Part shown: one piece after another, positions 29,966 through 38,828 of the stretch
Layout of the letters: each line of letters starts with the position of its first letter
Numbering within the stretch: the stretch's first letter is position 1
From: a virus
Direction: 5' to 3' (one strand)
IMG/VR virus record: IMGVR_UViG_3300023491_000002
DNA: 64,000 nucleotides
Made by a program: the position numbers and the translations under genes
Notes under the pieces: generated by a model
Database searches by the model: none
What the model was told of the DNA's origin: nothing
Seen by the model: only the letters and a program-made list of their open reading frames with translations

Positions 29966-30430
29966 TTATATATTTAATTTAGTTTGACCGTCAGATTCAG
30001 TATTATAAGCTAAATCTAATAAGATAGTTTTAAGACGATCATTTATTTCAGCTCGTATATTGTTATTACCGTTAGATAAACCTAAAATAGTAACATCATT
30101 ATCTGCAACTTTCATTTTATAATTCAATGCTGCATCAATAATACTTTCATTATCAATAGGTAAACAAGTATTAATTGAATCAGTCTTAACAGTACATCTA
30201 CCGCCAAGACGATGAATTTCATCAACAATATACCAAACTGCTTTTTCTAAATCTTCAATTTGTTTATTAATAGAAGATTTATCAGCATCAATTTTAAGAC
30301 CAGCTCTCCATAGATATTTAATAGCATTACCTACATTAAAATTTCTATGACGAGTAATATCAATACATTCTATACCACTAGGATCAGAAGTATAATGTTT
30401 AGGATGATTAACATTATCTTTTTTAGCCAT
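29966..30430 (-). CDS. DUF3310-like phage protein (154 aa)
   Basis: N-terminal NHPKHY and IKYLWRAG motifs characteristic of DUF3310. Confidence 0.5.
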   Translation of the reverse strand: MAKKDNVNHPKHYTSDPSGIECIDITRHRNFNVGNAIKYLWRAGLKIDADKSSINKQIEDLEKAVWYIVDEIHRLGGRCTVKTDSINTCLPIDNESIIDAALNYKMKVADNDVTILGLSNGNNNIRAEINDRLKTILLDLAYNTESDGQTKLNI

Positions 30431-30433
30431 AAT

Positions 30434-30766
30434 TTATCTATTATCTCCTGAACTATGAAGTTTACCTTCAGTTTTACGTTTAGATAATTTATCAACATTT
30501 AGCTTTGCAATACCAGATAATTCAAATCCAATAACAGCAGCTATACGAGAAATATACCAAAGACAATCACCAAGTTCTTTAGCTATTTCAACTTCATCAG
30601 TAACATTGAAATTACCATCTTTATCACGATAAATCTTTTTAATTTTATCTGCTACTTCACCAGCTTCACCAACTAAACCTAGAGCTTTATATCCTATATT
30701 AAATTTATCATTAGGATATACATCAGTAGTATCAGTAAAATCTTGATATTCATCAAATTCTTTCAT
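30434..30766 (-). CDS. mazG: MazG-like nucleotide pyrophosphohydrolase (110 aa)
   Basis: LGLVGEAGEVADKIKK plus EELGDCLWY is the all-alpha NTP-PPase (MazG/HisE) EExxE/D pattern. Confidence 0.7.
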   Translation of the reverse strand: MKEFDEYQDFTDTTDVYPNDKFNIGYKALGLVGEAGEVADKIKKIYRDKDGNFNVTDEVEIAKELGDCLWYISRIAAVIGFELSGIAKLNVDKLSKRKTEGKLHSSGDNR

Positions 30767-30781
30767 AACATCAATTTAATT

Positions 30782-31087
30782 TTAATAAGGAATAGTATCA
30801 CTAATAATTTTCCAATCTGTCGCAAACATATCTTCTCCATTAGGAGTATAATAAGTAATATGTCCATCTTTGAAAACACAAATCTGATTAATATAATTTA
30901 TTATAGCATAATCCTTTTTTAATATTTCATTTTTAACAATATCAGGAAGACTTTGCATATTAGGAATTATATTTGCGGAAATAGTAGCAGGAATTTGACA
31001 AAATATAAACTTATGTCCTTCCCAACTACTTCTAAAAGCAATAGCTTCTTTACTTCTAACGACTTTAAGAGCTTCTTCAAATATCAT
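30782..31087 (-). CDS. Hypothetical protein (101 aa)
   Basis: ORF with ATG. Followed upstream (on the minus strand) by a terminator hairpin at 31101-31140. Confidence 0.5.
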   Translation of the reverse strand: MIFEEALKVVRSKEAIAFRSSWEGHKFIFCQIPATISANIIPNMQSLPDIVKNEILKKDYAIINYINQICVFKDGHITYYTPNGEDMFATDWKIISDTIPY

Positions 31088-31100
31088 AATAACAATTTTA

Positions 31101-31140
31101 GATTAAACAAAAATAACCGCTAGTCAATTAAGACCAGCGG
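31101..31140 (-). terminator. Rho-independent terminator (minus strand)
   Basis: On the minus strand: CCGCTGGTCTTAATTGACTAGCGG hairpin followed by TTATTTTTGTTT. Confidence 0.65.
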
Positions 31141-31195
31141 CTTCAACAGCGTGCTTCACAGCATAGGCTATAATTGAATAAGAAATCAACCCATA

Positions 31196-31705
31196 TTATC
31201 TTTTAAATACATATCTCAACCAACTACCCCACTTACGATTAATAAGACTACCTTTAACATTCAAAGGTTTAAACTCAAGATACTTAATATTATCAATATT
31301 TTTGATAACATCATTAATGTCATAGTAAGTACAAATAGGAATACTATCTTGTATAATAGTATAAGCTTTACCATTTTTGTAATGTATAATAACATTATAA
31401 GAATCTACATTAGTCTCATTTGCTCTAGCTTCACGCTCGAAACAAAGTTCACGATAAGCCTTACCTTCAGTGAAGAGTTTAAAGAACCATTCAATGACGT
31501 ACCATACATAAAAGAATATACCTAAGAGGTCATTCTGTTGTTTAGTATGAGAACGTTCATGTTGAATAAGTTTAAAATATCTATTAGGATACCTAATCAT
31601 TAATGTAAGCCTAGATTTATCTTTATCTTTAAGATAAAGTCTAGCAAACATATTAATAGCAACAAACTTACCAAAAGGAAAGTGTTTAGTAATAACAACT
31701 TTCAT
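31196..31705 (-). CDS. Small HExxH metal-dependent hydrolase, YgjP/DUF45/SprT-like (169 aa)
   Basis: LIQHERSHTKQQND...IFFYVW resembles HExxHx4N...FW of YgjP/WLM-type zincins. EREA lies downstream. Confidence 0.45.
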   Translation of the reverse strand: MKVVITKHFPFGKFVAINMFARLYLKDKDKSRLTLMIRYPNRYFKLIQHERSHTKQQNDLLGIFFYVWYVIEWFFKLFTEGKAYRELCFEREARANETNVDSYNVIIHYKNGKAYTIIQDSIPICTYYDINDVIKNIDNIKYLEFKPLNVKGSLINRKWGSWLRYVFKR

Positions 31706-31708
31706 ATC

Positions 31709-31969
31709 TTAATCATCTGAAAAGTTATAATTTATAATAGCTTCCCAATTATCTTTAGGCATACAACCTTTATAATCAGGAACTCTAGCTTCCATAAACT
31801 CATCAAGCTTAATAGAAATAATGGTACAAATACCAAAATCCATGAGACGTTTACGTTGATTCATACAACAAAACAAATTAGCTTGATCAAGTGGAATACC
31901 AATGCTAACAAGTGCCGCTATGAAATATCTACGAAACATTTCCTTAGTAACACTACTAACAGCATCCAT
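31709..31969 (-). CDS. Hypothetical protein (86 aa)
   Basis: ORF in the gene array. Confidence 0.5.
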   Translation of the reverse strand: MDAVSSVTKEMFRRYFIAALVSIGIPLDQANLFCCMNQRKRLMDFGICTIISIKLDEFMEARVPDYKGCMPKDNWEAIINYNFSDD

Positions 31970-31971
31970 AG

Positions 31972-32991
31972 CTAAGCCTTTTTATAAATATGACTTTCTG
32001 CAATAGCTTTAAGACGATTAGAAAGTTGTTCCATATTAACCTCAATCGTCTTAGCGGTTGAATGATAAGTTGTAATAGTTAATGCTCCAATAAACTCAGG
32101 AAACATCAAAATATTAAACTTAGCTTTATAAGTATTACCAGCTTCATTCTGAGCAATCCATGCTTTAGGATTAGCATAGAAACTAAACGTATCAAGTGTT
32201 CTAACTTTAGAATTTAGATACAAAGGATTAAGTTTAGGGAAGAATGAAAGAATACGATTATTTGTAGGAGCTTCTGTAGCTGGGATAACACTATCTTTAA
32301 TCCAAGCTTCAAAATCTTCAATAGTATCAAATATAAGTCTTGCAGAACATTTAGCAATAGCTAAAGAACTACCTTTAGGAACTTTATAATCTATAAGTTT
32401 CACAGCCTCCTTAAATAGATTATAAGTATATCTGTTAAACATCTTAATAGCATGATCACGAGACTCAACTTCAGCACTCATGTTACTATCAACACAAATA
32501 TGAAATTGAGGTTCATAAGCACTATCATAATTTTCATTGTCGATCAAATAACCGATATTCCAAATCTTATAATAGCGAGCTTTTTCATTGTTACCATCAA
32601 AGAACTCAATTGGAATATTATGAGCATAAATATAATACTGAATTTTCAAAAGAGTTTGATAGAATACAAATTGATTACCACTAGTAACAGGAATAAACTC
32701 ACCTGTAGCATCAAGAATGAAATTAATATTGGTATTAAGCCAATCAACTTCATCCTTAGATAAATCAGCAACAGTTCGAGGCTCTGTAACTATATATGGT
32801 TTATCAGGAGCATCTGTTCTAACAACAGACGGAATTGAAACACCATTTATTACAATAGGCTTATACTTCTCAGTTGTAATAGCAAGTGCAGATAATTCTT
32901 CTTCAGCTTTAGAAGAAGAACTATCAACAGGAATGTCTTGTTTAATTTCCTCTTCTTCTTTAAAAGGATTTATATCTTCCATTATATGCAA
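31972..32991 (-). CDS. Hypothetical protein (339 aa)
   Basis: Long ORF, no motif recognised. Confidence 0.6.
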   Translation of the reverse strand: MHIMEDINPFKEEEEIKQDIPVDSSSSKAEEELSALAITTEKYKPIVINGVSIPSVVRTDAPDKPYIVTEPRTVADLSKDEVDWLNTNINFILDATGEFIPVTSGNQFVFYQTLLKIQYYIYAHNIPIEFFDGNNEKARYYKIWNIGYLIDNENYDSAYEPQFHICVDSNMSAEVESRDHAIKMFNRYTYNLFKEAVKLIDYKVPKGSSLAIAKCSARLIFDTIEDFEAWIKDSVIPATEAPTNNRILSFFPKLNPLYLNSKVRTLDTFSFYANPKAWIAQNEAGNTYKAKFNILMFPEFIGALTITTYHSTAKTIEVNMEQLSNRLKAIAESHIYKKA

Positions 32992-34350
32992 TTAATCGTT
33001 AGATTCATAATCACGAACTCCGTAAGCATTAGCATTAAACGGAATGTTCTTATCTGTACGTTCATAAAACTTAATGGCAAGCATTTTACCGATAAATTCA
33101 TTCTTATGACTAAGAATATAATCACTTGTCATAGTATTATCGGTATTGCCATTATAAATAGCTGTAGGCTTAACTTCAAATGTTTCAGCATTTAAATCAT
33201 TCTTACATTTGAACTTAGCATAATTATAAACTACCTCATGACCATCAACAATTTTAGTTATAGGATCAACGAGAATATCTAAACACAAACATTCAGTCTC
33301 TTCACATTGTTTAGCTTTCATCATAGTTTGTGGACGAGAACCGAATTTATATTCTGCAATCTTAGAGCGAACAACACAACCTTCATAACCGGCTGCAATA
33401 CAACGATCTCTATAAGCTTCAACATCAGAATCACCTTTAATATTAATAGAACATAATGAAACTATTTTAGCATTTTTAGTATCATCATGTTCTTCAGGAA
33501 TATCTTGTATAAAAATACAATCATCATCATTATTAACAGCTAAACTAAAGGCTTTTCTTAATATATTTCTTCTAAGATGAAAACGATCTCTATTAGAAAC
33601 ATCAGGAATACTAAGATCAAAATTCACAAATTGAAGATATTTATGAAGAGGATTCTTAGGATTACGTGCAGCACCACCAATAGTAGTATTCTTTTGATCT
33701 TTAATATAAAGCTCACCATCAAAAGTAATATTTCTATAATTGGGGGTACAATAAACATAAGTCATAAAAGCATCTTCAATATGTTTTACATTATAACGAA
33801 GACCTTCTTTACTACGAATAACAACCTCATAAGTAGTACCAAATAAACCGTTATCAACAGCTTCATACTTGATAGTACAACGTACCCCATTAATCTTAGG
33901 ATCAGCAAAAGCACCATTAGAATAATCAAAAATGCCAGTTTTCCACTTTTGACACTTCATAGGTTTATCAACATTGTTTGCATCAGTAGCAAATTTAGGA
34001 ATAACGTTATCTAGTAGATCATGAAGTTGATTAGCACTCTCATACATATCACTAGTAACACCATACATTTCTGCCGTCTTGTATCCTCGATCGATTTTAC
34101 GCTTGATTTGGCTCTTATAAGAAGTCTTTGTTGAAGCTGATACAATTACCTGTCCGACATCTGAAAGTCGCTCAAACAAGCCGTATGACACCCTCTCGTA
34201 GCTTCCGTCAGTTTCAATTCTCCAAAACACAATACGCCCCAGTGCATCACGCTTGTAAAGAGTAGTAACGTTATCATCCCCATATACGGTTGCCATCTTC
34301 ATCAACGTTATGCGATAAAACAATACAATGCGTAGGATTATTATATGCAA
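32992..34350 (-). CDS. ATP-dependent DNA (or RNA) ligase, nucleotidyltransferase superfamily (about 435-452 aa); motif I is KINGVR (Asn in place of the usual Asp)
   Basis: Motifs I (KINGVR), III (FDGELYI), IV (EGCVVRS) and V (MMKAK) occur in canonical order and spacing. The likely true start is MKMATVYG near 34299. Confidence 0.7.
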   Translation of the reverse strand: MHIIILRIVLFYRITLMKMATVYGDDNVTTLYKRDALGRIVFWRIETDGSYERVSYGLFERLSDVGQVIVSASTKTSYKSQIKRKIDRGYKTAEMYGVTSDMYESANQLHDLLDNVIPKFATDANNVDKPMKCQKWKTGIFDYSNGAFADPKINGVRCTIKYEAVDNGLFGTTYEVVIRSKEGLRYNVKHIEDAFMTYVYCTPNYRNITFDGELYIKDQKNTTIGGAARNPKNPLHKYLQFVNFDLSIPDVSNRDRFHLRRNILRKAFSLAVNNDDDCIFIQDIPEEHDDTKNAKIVSLCSINIKGDSDVEAYRDRCIAAGYEGCVVRSKIAEYKFGSRPQTMMKAKQCEETECLCLDILVDPITKIVDGHEVVYNYAKFKCKNDLNAETFEVKPTAIYNGNTDNTMTSDYILSHKNEFIGKMLAIKFYERTDKNIPFNANAYGVRDYESND

Positions 34351-34789
34351 TCAGCATACAATTCCAAGAATCACGAATAGTCTTATGAGGAGCATAAGCG
34401 ATAGTTTTAAAGTTCTTATGACAGAAACATTGATAACTACCAGTTAATGCTTGTTTATTGTGAAGTTTACCTTGAACAACTTCAAAGAGAGTTTCAACAA
34501 TCTTAAAGTCCTCATCAGACTTAATCTTAGTTTCGCCCATAAATGCACCTTCTTTAAAAGGATTAAAACCCCAAGTATGAACGAATTGATTTAGTTTAAT
34601 TTGAGCATTTTGATAAGACATCTTACTCATAGCTTCACGAAGCTGTTTAACAGCATCAATAACAATGTTATAATCAGTCTTATTCATAGGATATAAGAAG
34701 TACCTAGTACCATCACCTAAAGCTCTAAGAGGAACACCCTCACATAATAGCCGTTGCGCATCAGGGCACAACTCCTCCTTTTTTACCAT
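34274..34789 (-). CDS. Hypothetical protein (at most 171 aa; start uncertain, overlaps the 5' end of the ligase gene)
   Basis: ORF. Internal Met codons (MNKTDYN, MSKMSYQ) are possible alternative starts. Confidence 0.4.
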   Translation of the reverse strand: MVKKEELCPDAQRLLCEGVPLRALGDGTRYFLYPMNKTDYNIVIDAVKQLREAMSKMSYQNAQIKLNQFVHTWGFNPFKEGAFMGETKIKSDEDFKIVETLFEVVQGKLHNKQALTGSYQCFCHKNFKTIAYAPHKTIRDSWNCMLIAYNNPTHCIVLSHNVDEDGNRIWG

Positions 34790-35825
34790 TTACGATCTCA
34801 TTTAAATACATATTAGCAAACTTTTTCTTAACGAAGTTGTAATCTGTAATACGAACTAAATCTGTAGGATCTTTAGCACTATAACCTTTAGTCATGAACA
34901 AAGCAATAAAGCTATAATTCTTTTCATATTCGATAGCGGAAGTAAGACCAGTATTATCAGTGTCAAGCATAACATAAACTTGAATCCTAGTAGTCTTTCG
35001 TAAAACATCAACAATATCATCAGGAAGTTTAGCAGTTTCACTTGCAATCACATAAACTCCAACATCATTAATTCTCAACTCTCTCAGTATTCGTAACATC
35101 AATAGTTTATCCTTTTGAGACTTAACAATCAACTTATAATTAGTATCAATTAAAGTCTCAAGATTTTCAAGAGGACACTTATTATTAGTAATGAAACGAT
35201 TAGCAGTATGCTTATTTCTAAATGGAAAATAGAGTTTAATATAACCATCATTAACTTGATATTCATAACAAGGATCATGACGAGTATAATAATATGGATT
35301 ACTAACACCATCAATCTTAAAAGATTCAACAGCTTTCACGTATTTATCTACGAGATCATTAGTAACACCAAATTGATTATAATACCTATAATCATAAAAA
35401 GTCATTTTACGATTTACAGTTGTAATAACACGAAATTCATTATTGATAATCTTATTCTGAGCTTGATATACACGATTAACATAAGGTGAATCATTAAGAA
35501 CATCAGAAGCATATTCGATGATATTAGAACATATTTCAACGAAGTCTTTATTGTTAGTACAATTTTTTTTAAGAACTAGACCAACAATTTCAAATACATC
35601 ACCACGATAACGATAATCAGCAAAATCACGAAATATCAGCTTATTACCATACCATTTAAAACTAACTGAAGGATTAGGATCATAACGAAGAGGATTAGAG
35701 ATTTTATAATTGCGTAAACAAATACAATTATTTATCTCTGTTTCAGGAACATTAAGAAAGACAGAATAAATATGTACTTGATCAAGTGTATTCAAAATAT
35801 AATCCTTATCACTTGTACTCCACAT
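34761..35825 (-). CDS. Toprim-domain primase-like protein (about 354 aa)
   Basis: C-terminal VYVIASE ... VYVMLDTDNTG gives a Toprim E...DxD arrangement. The ORF track extends to 35921, but that N-terminal extension runs into a terminator and repeat copy B. The first plausible Met is at 35825. Confidence 0.4.
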   Translation of the reverse strand: MWSTSDKDYILNTLDQVHIYSVFLNVPETEINNCICLRNYKISNPLRYDPNPSVSFKWYGNKLIFRDFADYRYRGDVFEIVGLVLKKNCTNNKDFVEICSNIIEYASDVLNDSPYVNRVYQAQNKIINNEFRVITTVNRKMTFYDYRYYNQFGVTNDLVDKYVKAVESFKIDGVSNPYYYTRHDPCYEYQVNDGYIKLYFPFRNKHTANRFITNNKCPLENLETLIDTNYKLIVKSQKDKLLMLRILRELRINDVGVYVIASETAKLPDDIVDVLRKTTRIQVYVMLDTDNTGLTSAIEYEKNYSFIALFMTKGYSAKDPTDLVRITDYNFVKKKFANMYLNEIVNGKKGGVVP

Positions 35826-35843
35826 ATTTACATCTTTTGTAAC

Positions 35844-35897
35844 ATTTGCAATCCCCAGTAGGGAACAAGGTGAGGTCACGTGCGGAGCGTTAGCAAC
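35844..35897 (+). repeat. Interspersed GC-rich mini-element, copy B
   Basis: TTTGCAATCCCCAGTAGGGAACAAGGTGAGGTCACGTGCGGAGCGTTAGCAAC. Intergenic, between a terminator and the primase-like gene. Confidence 0.85.
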
Positions 35898-35920
35898 ACT
35901 ATGCACAAAACCAATAGACA

Positions 35921-35952
35921 CAAAAAAAGAGGATAGATTGCTCTACCCTCTT
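35921..35952 (-). terminator. Rho-independent terminator (minus strand)
   Basis: On the minus strand: AGAGGGTAGAGCAATCTATCCTCT hairpin followed by TTTTTTTG. Confidence 0.7.
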
Positions 35953-35971
35953 CAAAAGTCTAAGTTACATC

Positions 35972-36835
35972 TTAATATTTACCCGGAGTACCACCGTTAC
36001 CAGCATAACGATTCTTTAAAGCATTAATTGCATCAGCATTAACGCCTTGACCGGAACCGTAATCCATAGCAACGCCAGCTTCAGCGGCTGCACCAGCAGG
36101 TTTCTCGTCTTTATCAGCATCTTTAGAGAGTTCAACAGTTTCACCCGGAAGAATCTCAATTGAAGGTTTTTTGCCATTAATAACACGTTCAACATAACCT
36201 TGACCAACAAAGCCCGGAGTACAAAGATACTTACGATCACCATAATGAGCAAGAAGCTTCATCCAAACAACAATAGGTTCACCTTTTTCATCTAAGAATA
36301 CAGGCTTACCCTCTTTGCCAACATTGAATGCTTTAACAAAGAACTCACAAAATGCTTTCCATTGAGCAATACGACCGTTAATATCAGCGTTCATATCAAT
36401 AGGCTGAGGAAAACCGGGTTCAACAAAGTTAGGACAATCGATATAAGCATCGAGACGGTGACGACAATTCCTGTACGCTTCCGTAATCAAAGAGGTAAAC
36501 GTTTTAACATCTACAGCAGTTCCGTCAGTTTTGCGAGTAGTGACGATACGGAAAGAATCAGTATAGAATCGATCAACTTCATCACCAGGAATGGGTTCTT
36601 CTTTATAACGGAAAACAATAGTTGGTACAGGAATACCGGCATACTCATAGGTGGATGCAACACCGTTCTCATCTACTTTAGGAGTTTCGGTTTCTTTGAT
36701 CTCAACAGATACGAGATGTGCTTGACACAAATTGTTGAACTCTTCACGAGGTTTAAACTTCTTGTCTTGGGTAACTACAACCTCACCAAAATTAATAACT
36801 CCGGCAGCAGCTTGACTTTTATTAACTTCACTCAT
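35972..36835 (-). CDS. Hypothetical protein (287 aa), Gly/Ala-rich C-terminal tail
   Basis: ORF flanked downstream by a rho-independent terminator at 35921-35952. Confidence 0.6.
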   Translation of the reverse strand: MSEVNKSQAAAGVINFGEVVVTQDKKFKPREEFNNLCQAHLVSVEIKETETPKVDENGVASTYEYAGIPVPTIVFRYKEEPIPGDEVDRFYTDSFRIVTTRKTDGTAVDVKTFTSLITEAYRNCRHRLDAYIDCPNFVEPGFPQPIDMNADINGRIAQWKAFCEFFVKAFNVGKEGKPVFLDEKGEPIVVWMKLLAHYGDRKYLCTPGFVGQGYVERVINGKKPSIEILPGETVELSKDADKDEKPAGAAAEAGVAMDYGSGQGVNADAINALKNRYAGNGGTPGKY

Positions 36836-36844
36836 TTTATAAGT

Positions 36845-36880
36845 AATTTAAAGAGTAAAAAAAAGAGGAACCTTAATAGT
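36845..36880 (-). terminator. Rho-independent terminator (minus strand)
   Basis: On the minus strand: AAGAGGGACTATTAAGGTTCCTCTT followed by TTTTTTAC. Confidence 0.6.
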
Positions 36881-36937
36881 CCCTCTTTCTGTAAGATAGA
36901 TTTGCTTAGCTAAGCAATGTGTTGTCACGGATATAGA

Positions 36938-37687
36938 TTAAATATCATCCCCGTCACCAGTGGTTTCTTGAGCAGCAGGTGCTTCTTTCGATGCATTAGC
37001 AGCAGTTTCAGCATCTACGGTATCAGCTATAGTTTCCAGTGTATCAGCTTTCTTATTTTCTGCATCATCAGCAGCAGTTTCAGCTTCAACAGACGGATCG
37101 TAAGGACGGTCGATAATCTGTGCGTTCACACAAGCCCAGATACGTAACATAGAGCCGTCAGAGTTCGGATAGTCGATACCGGTATCAACCAATTCGTAGT
37201 GAACTTCGCGGTTAGCGGTGTACTTCGTGTAAGGTTTACCCTCAGAATCTTTCTTATCAATTCCGTAAGCATAGCCAAGTTCAGCCAACTTATCAGCGGT
37301 GATAGCTTGTGCATCCGGAGTATTCTGCAAGAATTGAGAGTAGCAAGCTGCGTAAGAGCAGAACAATTTACGACCAACACCTTTAGCTTTACCGACAGCA
37401 GCAAGCGTCATCATGTCGTCAGTTTTCACTTTAGAAACCATGATGAAGAACTTCTTGTTCACATCGTTCTCACATTGATCAGCAGTCAAGACCATAGCTT
37501 TCATATAGTCGCCTGTTTCAATGTTAAGCATCTTAGATGCAAGACCGTTAATACACATCTTGTTAATGGAGATGTTCACCACCAACTCAGGACGAATTTC
37601 ATCACTTACTTTAGCAGCTTTAGCTACAGTTTCAAAACGACCTTCATTGATACCAGCTTTCAAGAAATCAAAATTAAATTTTTCCAT
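36938..37687 (-). CDS. Hypothetical protein with acidic C-terminal tail (249 aa); possible ssDNA-binding-type protein
   Basis: C-terminus ...ETTGDGDDI is an acidic tail like SSB C-termini. A terminator follows at 36845-36880. The assignment is speculative. Confidence 0.3.
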   Translation of the reverse strand: MEKFNFDFLKAGINEGRFETVAKAAKVSDEIRPELVVNISINKMCINGLASKMLNIETGDYMKAMVLTADQCENDVNKKFFIMVSKVKTDDMMTLAAVGKAKGVGRKLFCSYAACYSQFLQNTPDAQAITADKLAELGYAYGIDKKDSEGKPYTKYTANREVHYELVDTGIDYPNSDGSMLRIWACVNAQIIDRPYDPSVEAETAADDAENKKADTLETIADTVDAETAANASKEAPAAQETTGDGDDI

Positions 37688-37759
37688 GACTTTAACTTTA
37701 TTAATAGTTTATATAAGATAGATGTTTGCAATATCACTACCACAAACGGTATTTATTCT

Positions 37760-38767
37760 TTAATAATTTGCGTTATCATCTGCTTCTACATATTGAACAT
37801 CAACGTAATCATCATTAATAGATTTAACGTCTTTAAGTTCAACATCACAATACATTCCGTTAAGAATATCATTAGCGCAGATACGAGCAGCGATCATAAT
37901 CGCCATTTTTCTCATAAGAGAACGAGTGTGTTTATCCCAATTATCTTTACCTTTAACATCAGCACCGGTAATTGAGTTTTTACCCGATTTAAGACCAGCG
38001 TCAATAGCTTCTTGAAGAGTATAAGAAATTGTAGTTCTTTTACCTTTACGAACAAGAGTAACCGTTGTACGATAAGTCTTAACAATACGAGTAACAGGAA
38101 TCATACCTTGTTCCGCCATCATTTTACGAACATAATCATCATTATATTCATCAATATCAATGTGACGTTCAGGTTTAAATTCAATAATGGGTTTACTTAG
38201 CTGAACATTAAAATATTCATATACGGGAACAAAGTCTTCGTCAATCTCAATATCAATATGATGTTTATTAAGACAACCTTCAACAACATTAATTCCCGTA
38301 TAAACTTGTCTAGTACCACCACTTTCAAAACAGAATATATTCTTTAAAGAAGCGGTAACAGAAAGACCAAGAGTTTTACCAAGTTCAACCTTTTGAATAG
38401 CGTCGAGATTAAGATTACGACCATAAGCTAGAGAAGTCATAGGAGAAAGACCTAATTCCTGCCCAGTTAATAAACAAGTAACCATGTTATCAATGTTAAT
38501 AACTTCAGTAACAGTTCCATCTTTAGTTACATTTTCTTTAAATCTCGCACCAAGATCAGTATTTATAAGACTTTCAGCAAAAGTTCTATATTCGCCAAGA
38601 ACAGCGAGATTACGAGTAATTACATCTTTATTTGCTTGTGCAACAGCTCCACTATTAGCTTTTACAACTTCACCTTTATTAGCAGCAGCGTTAGCACCGT
38701 CTTTCGTAGCATCATCTGTAATAACTTCTTTACTCATTTTGTCGTTTTCTTTGTCTTTATTTTCCAT
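37760..38767 (-). CDS. RecT/Redbeta-like single-strand annealing protein (335 aa)
   Basis: Central segment QELGLSPMTSLAYGRNL...GKTLGLSV resembles the conserved RecT core (LGLsP..g.aY...). Confidence 0.4.
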   Translation of the reverse strand: MENKDKENDKMSKEVITDDATKDGANAAANKGEVVKANSGAVAQANKDVITRNLAVLGEYRTFAESLINTDLGARFKENVTKDGTVTEVINIDNMVTCLLTGQELGLSPMTSLAYGRNLNLDAIQKVELGKTLGLSVTASLKNIFCFESGGTRQVYTGINVVEGCLNKHHIDIEIDEDFVPVYEYFNVQLSKPIIEFKPERHIDIDEYNDDYVRKMMAEQGMIPVTRIVKTYRTTVTLVRKGKRTTISYTLQEAIDAGLKSGKNSITGADVKGKDNWDKHTRSLMRKMAIMIAARICANDILNGMYCDVELKDVKSINDDYVDVQYVEADDNANY

Positions 38768-38828
38768 TGGTAAAAGTAGATAATATTTTTGACGTGTGCA
38801 ACAATAGTAAGCACTAAATCATCAAAAA

